From a virus (lineage: Duplodnaviria; Caudoviricetes), in IMG/VR virus record IMGVR_UViG_3300033521_000021, positions 1 to 29,547 of that record: DNA of 29,547 nucleotides; one strand, given 5' to 3'. The translations under genes were made by a program, and so were the position numbers. Below are positions 25,476-29,547 of the stretch, piece after piece. Numbering within the stretch: position 1 is the first letter of the stretch; the number at the start of each line of letters is the position of its first letter. The notes under the pieces were generated by a model that saw only the letters and a program-made list of their open reading frames with translations, did not search any database and was not told the origin of the DNA.

Positions 25476-26150
25476 TTATCTACTTAGTGTGGATGGGGGA
25501 GTAGGTGGTGCCAAATATGGGGGTGAAGAAATCTCAACATTATAAACTTCTTGCCAAGTCTGACATGAATCAATTTCTTGAAGTTTTGCATACTCCCAAT
25601 CAAATGCTTCTTGAACTTTCAAATCAATTTGTTTAATCACATATTCTAAATCTGATTTTGAAACATTAATCCAAGTATTATCATTAAACTTGTACAGAAC
25701 AGTATCTGTTTCTGCTAGTGAAGTTAATTTATTGATTAGTTGAGTTCTTTGTTCTCTAGAAGTTAGTAGAGTTAATTCTGTATTTTGAACACTAACTGTT
25801 ATATATTGATTTTCTTTATTTTGTCTTTCTGGTTTTACTGATTGTTTATACTCATCTTTAATTTGTTCAAGTGGTTTTTCTAATTTAGTATGTCTGAAAA
25901 TTACTTCTGTTTCTGTAATTTCATATGTTATATTTGAAAGACTCTCAAATCTCGGATCATATTCTGGATTATCATCTCTTGTTGGAAGAATTTTAATATC
26001 TTCAGTAATTATAATAGGAACTGACTGATAGCTCTGTGAAGTTACTCTATAATCAACCTCAAGTTCTTCTTCAAGAACTGAATTTATCATTCTGTAGTTA
26101 AATGAAATTGGCCCTAAAAGCAGTTCCTGGCCATTAACAAGTGCGTACAT
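25476..26150 (-). CDS. Tail-fibre-associated protein (DUF4376-like C-terminal half)
   Basis: LEQIK..YKQ.VK.ERQ.KE...YKF....WI...VQ.AFDWE...L.EI pattern; position between fibre genes. Confidence 0.6.
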   Translation of the reverse strand: MYALVNGQELLLGPISFNYRMINSVLEEELEVDYRVTSQSYQSVPIIITEDIKILPTRDDNPEYDPRFESLSNITYEITETEVIFRHTKLEKPLEQIKDEYKQSVKPERQNKENQYITVSVQNTELTLLTSREQRTQLINKLTSLAETDTVLYKFNDNTWINVSKSDLEYVIKQIDLKVQEAFDWEYAKLQEIDSCQTWQEVYNVEISSPPYLAPPTPPSTLSR

Positions 26151-26163
26151 ATATTTTTTGAAT

Positions 26164-26171
26164 TATTTATG
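26164..26171 (-). promoter_or_regulatory. T4-type late promoter-like box
   Basis: CATAAATA upstream of ATG 26150. Confidence 0.5.
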
Positions 26172-27360
26172 AAATAAACAGGGTAGAATCAGTTCCTGAT
26201 GTGACTGCTATTGTATGGGAAGCTCCACCTCCACTAGCAACTTGTTTCCAGTTAGTTCCTCCTGCTAATGTAGTGACTGGAGTATTTCTCTGAGTTATAT
26301 CATTAACTCCTAGTTGTCCATTAGTATTAAGTCCCCAATTCCATAGGGTCCCATCAGTTTTGATTGCTGCTGTATGGTTAGTTGCACCAGTAACTTGTTT
26401 CCAGTTTGATGATTGCGTAAATGTTTGAACTGGAGTAGTTCTTGTATTTGTATCGTTGACTCCTAATTGTCCATTAGTATTAAGTCCCCAAGTCCATAAA
26501 GTTCCATCAGTCTTGATTGCTGCTGTATGGTTAGCTCCACCAGTAACTTGTTTCCAGTTAGTTCCTCCTGCAGAAGTTTGAACTGGAGTACATCTTTGAA
26601 TTGTATCGTTGACTCCTAGTTGTCCATTAGTATTACGTCCAAAAGTCCATAAGGTTCCATCAGTTTTGACTGCTGATGTATGATTAGTTCCATTACCAAC
26701 TTGTTTCCAGTTAGTTCCTCCAGCAAATGTAGTGACTGGAGTGGATCTACTGGTTGCTGTGTTGTCTCCCAATTGTCCATAACCACCCTGCCCCCAAGCC
26801 CACAAAGTTCCGTCAGTTTTAATTGATGCTGTATTATTAGCTCCACTAGAAACTTGTTTCCAGTTAACTCCTCCAGCAAATGTAGTGACAGGTGTAAGTC
26901 TATCTGTTGTATTATTAACTCCTAATTGTCCAAAATTATTACGTCCAAAAGTCCATAAGGTTCCATCAGTCTTGATTGCTGTTGTATGAAAATTCCCACA
27001 AACAACTTGTTTCCAATTGTTTCCTCCTGCTAATGTAGTGACTGGAGTGGATCTACTTGTTGTATTATTAGTTCCTAGTTGCCCATAACTATTAAGTCCC
27101 CAAGTCCATAAAGTTCCATCAGTCTTGATTGCTGCAGTATAATTAGCTCCACCAGCAACTTGTTTCCAATTAGCTCCACCGACAAGTGTGGTGGCTGGAG
27201 TGGATCTATCAACAATTGTATTGTTTCCTAGTTGTCCATTAGTATTACGTCCCCAAATCAATAAAGTATCACCAACCCACTGGTCTATTAACCAACTCTC
27301 ATCTACAAAATAATCCTCCAGATCACCTTCTGGAGATAAAAACTGATTAGGTCTGGTCAT
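26167..27360 (-). CDS. RCC1/BLIP-II repeat 7-bladed beta-propeller protein A
   Basis: 7 RCC1 repeats; start overlaps the fibre gene stop region, GGAGG RBS. Confidence 0.92.
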   Translation of the reverse strand: MTRPNQFLSPEGDLEDYFVDESWLIDQWVGDTLLIWGRNTNGQLGNNTIVDRSTPATTLVGGANWKQVAGGANYTAAIKTDGTLWTWGLNSYGQLGTNNTTSRSTPVTTLAGGNNWKQVVCGNFHTTAIKTDGTLWTFGRNNFGQLGVNNTTDRLTPVTTFAGGVNWKQVSSGANNTASIKTDGTLWAWGQGGYGQLGDNTATSRSTPVTTFAGGTNWKQVGNGTNHTSAVKTDGTLWTFGRNTNGQLGVNDTIQRCTPVQTSAGGTNWKQVTGGANHTAAIKTDGTLWTWGLNTNGQLGVNDTNTRTTPVQTFTQSSNWKQVTGATNHTAAIKTDGTLWNWGLNTNGQLGVNDITQRNTPVTTLAGGTNWKQVASGGGASHTIAVTSGTDSTLFIS

Positions 27361-29539
27361 TTAACCTCTCCTCCAATTGATCTATACGAACTTGTTGTTC
27401 TTTGATTGCTTCAATCAATACTGCAACAATATTTCCATAAGAAACTGATTTCAATCCACCAGGATTGTCATTTACAACTTCAGGCAATACTTTCTCAATA
27501 TCTTGTGCAATTACACCAATTGATGGTTTATTGTGATTATCTATCCAATTGTACTTAACACCTTCAAGTTTTTTGACAATATCTAATGCATTTTCAATTG
27601 GTTTAATATCAGTTTTTTGAGATCTATCTGAAAGTGAAGTGAATATAGTTGCAGATAAAGTTCCTGTAGATGGGTTAAATTGAAGTTTTGATGATGAAAC
27701 GAAAAGTCCAGAAATTGTTCCAGATGTTGCATCATCAAATACTGGATACCTAGTTGCATTAGTTGTAGTGTCATCGGTGAGTGATCCTCCAGTTCCTGGA
27801 GAACCTTGAGCACCTGGAGAACCTTGAGCACCTGAAGAACCTTGAGCACCTTGAGGTCCTTGTGGACCTCTTATCCCTTGAGCACCCTGAGCACCTGGAG
27901 AACCCTGAGCACCTGGAGAACCCTGAGCACCTGGAGAACCCTGAGCACCTGGAGAACCTTGAGCACCTGGAGAACCTTGAGCACCTGGAGAACCTTGAGC
28001 ACCTGGAGTTCCTCCACTTCCTTGAGCACCTGGAGTTCCTGGAGAACCTTGAGCACCTGGAGCACCTTGAGCACCTGGAGTTCCTTGTGCACCCTGAGCA
28101 CCTGTAGCACCTTGAGCACCTTGAGGTCCTTGTGGACCTCTTATCCCTTGAGCACCTTGAGCACCTGCAGTTCCTTGTGCACCTTGAGCACCTGGAGCAC
28201 CCTGAGCACCTGGAGCACCCTGAGCACCTGGAGAACCTTGAGCACCTGGAGAACCTTGAGCACCTGCAGTTCCTTGTGCACCCTGAGCACCTGTAGAACC
28301 TTGAGCACCTTGAGGTCCTTGTGGACCTCTTATCCCTTGAGAACCTTGAGCACCTGGAGAACCTTGAGCACCTGGAGAACCTTGAGCACCTGGAGAACCT
28401 TGAGCACCTGGAGAACCTTGAGCACCTGGAGCACCCTGAGCACCTGCAGTTCCTTGGGCACCTTGAGCACCTGGAGAACCTTGAGCACCTGCAGTTCCTT
28501 GGGCACCTTGAGCACCTGGAGAACCTTGAGCACCTGGAGAACCTTGAGCACCTGCTGCACCTTGAGCACCTTGTGGCCCTTTTAGTGCTACTTGTTGAAC
28601 ATTAGACCAAGAAACACCAGTACCTGTAGATACTAAAACTGAGGTAGCAGAACCTACTTGATTATTAATGTCATAAAGTGTAGAACGAAGTCTTATAGAT
28701 CCATTTACATCCAATTTTTGTGTGGCTGATATTGTCCCAACTCCAATATTTCCACCATAAGGTCCTAGTTGAATAGTCCCATCAGCATTTACATCAATAC
28801 TTGGAATACCAGAAACATCATTAACTGAGAATATAGATCCAGATGTGAGGTTATTGGTAATAGAGAATAACTGACCAGCAGAACCTTCCCAAGAAAGTGT
28901 ACCTGAATTTAAAGTATCATAATGGACATTCTTAATAACAGTTCCAATACCTACAGTACCAACTCCAGATACTGGTCCAGTATAAGTTAATGAAGTTGAT
29001 CCAGTGGGATTGTTGGAAGCATCCTTATAAACAATTTGATATGCAGAACCTGCCACTGGACCAGTTGCACCCTGAGCACCTTGTGGTCCTCTTACACCCT
29101 GAGCACCTTGTGCACCTGCTGCACCTTGTGCACCTGCAGTTCCTTGAGCACCTTGTGCACCTGCTGCACCTTGTGCACCTGCAGTTCCTTGAGCACCTGC
29201 AGTTCCTTGAGCACCTTGTGCTCCTGCTGCACCTTGAGCACCTGGAGCACCTTGAGCACCTGCAGTTCCTTGTGCACCTGGAGAACCTTGAGCACCTGCT
29301 GTTCCTTGAGCTCCTTGTGCCCCCTGAGGTCCTTGTGGACCTCTTATGCCTTGAGCACCTTGTGCACCTGCAGTTCCTTGAGATCCTTGAGCACCTGCTG
29401 CACCTTGTGCACCTGCAGTTCCTTGAGCTCCTTGAGCACCTGGAGAACCTTGAGCACCTGGAGAACCTTGAGCACCTTGTGGTCCCTGTGCACCTGCAGT
29501 TCCTTGAGCACCTTGAGCACCTGCTGTTCCTTGGGCACC
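27347..29539 (-). CDS. Collagen-like fibre protein with C-terminal intramolecular chaperone (Peptidase S74); 5' end lies outside the window
   Basis: Gly-X-Y frame open from 29539 through GTG 29056; SD...K at 27631, GVIAQ, VSY, C-terminal coiled coil. Confidence 0.9.
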   Translation of the reverse strand, partial: GAQGTAGAQGAQGTAGAQGPQGAQGSPGAQGSPGAQGAQGTAGAQGAAGAQGSQGTAGAQGAQGIRGPQGPQGAQGAQGTAGAQGSPGAQGTAGAQGAPGAQGAAGAQGAQGTAGAQGTAGAQGAAGAQGAQGTAGAQGAAGAQGAQGVRGPQGAQGATGPVAGSAYQIVYKDASNNPTGSTSLTYTGPVSGVGTVGIGTVIKNVHYDTLNSGTLSWEGSAGQLFSITNNLTSGSIFSVNDVSGIPSIDVNADGTIQLGPYGGNIGVGTISATQKLDVNGSIRLRSTLYDINNQVGSATSVLVSTGTGVSWSNVQQVALKGPQGAQGAAGAQGSPGAQGSPGAQGAQGTAGAQGSPGAQGAQGTAGAQGAPGAQGSPGAQGSPGAQGSPGAQGSPGAQGSQGIRGPQGPQGAQGSTGAQGAQGTAGAQGSPGAQGSPGAQGAPGAQGAPGAQGAQGTAGAQGAQGIRGPQGPQGAQGATGAQGAQGTPGAQGAPGAQGSPGTPGAQGSGGTPGAQGSPGAQGSPGAQGSPGAQGSPGAQGSPGAQGSPGAQGAQGIRGPQGPQGAQGSSGAQGSPGAQGSPGTGGSLTDDTTTNATRYPVFDDATSGTISGLFVSSSKLQFNPSTGTLSATIFTSLSDRSQKTDIKPIENALDIVKKLEGVKYNWIDNHNKPSIGVIAQDIEKVLPEVVNDNPGGLKSVSYGNIVAVLIEAIKEQQVRIDQLEERLNDQT
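27788..28579 (-). repeat. Collagen repeat block 1 (about 88 Gly-X-Y triplets; 9/18-nt tandem units)
   Basis: (GAQ GSP)n with GTA, GAP and GIRGPQGPQ punctuation. Confidence 0.95.
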
Positions 29540-29547
29540 TTAGCACC
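29054..29547 (-). repeat. Collagen repeat block 2 (about 54 triplets, truncated)
   Basis: [12 protein letters not shown] triplets to the window end. Confidence 0.95.

Noticed and set aside
19216-27360. RCC1 repeats as DGR template/variable repeats
   Set aside because: No reverse transcriptase in the window, all repeats are coding, and differences are not restricted to adenines
27583-29546. Alternative-frame ORFs such as (LKVLQV)n, (LEHLEN)n, (STWRTL)n and (RCSRCS)n
   Set aside because: Shadows of the 9/18-nt collagen repeat
29540-29547. In-frame TAA from a missing C (GGTGCT-AA-GGT instead of GGTGCTCAAGGT), suggesting a frameshift or pseudogene
   Set aside because: It lies in the last 8 nt of a repeat at the sequence end and is most likely an assembly or read-end error

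Overview
AT-rich segment of a large T4-like (Kyanoviridae-type, probably freshwater cyanophage) genome, coded almost entirely on the minus strand. 1-14.7 kb is an early/accessory region. It holds many tiny ORFs, a HAD phosphatase, a PD-(D/E)XK exonuclease, a 2OG-Fe(II) oxygenase, the CobS-like AAA+ ATPase with its HExxH/VWA partner, 9 tRNA genes and one tRNA-like element with a broken anticodon arm. Twelve copies of a double-palindrome promoter cassette punctuate it: TGTG(A/C)CA-N10-TG(G/T)CACA, then a sigma70-like promoter, then a second palindrome over the -10/start site. A four-hairpin structured RNA candidate sits between tRNA-Ser and tRNA-Val. 14.8-29.5 kb is a surface island: a collagen-like fibre with an S74 chaperone (5'-truncated at the window edge), three paralogous 7-bladed RCC1 propellers, about seven glycosyltransferase-like genes, a sulfotransferase, a CxxCxxCC protein and a possible Cys-His-Asp enzyme. 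All calls come from reading motifs by eye; no searches were run.
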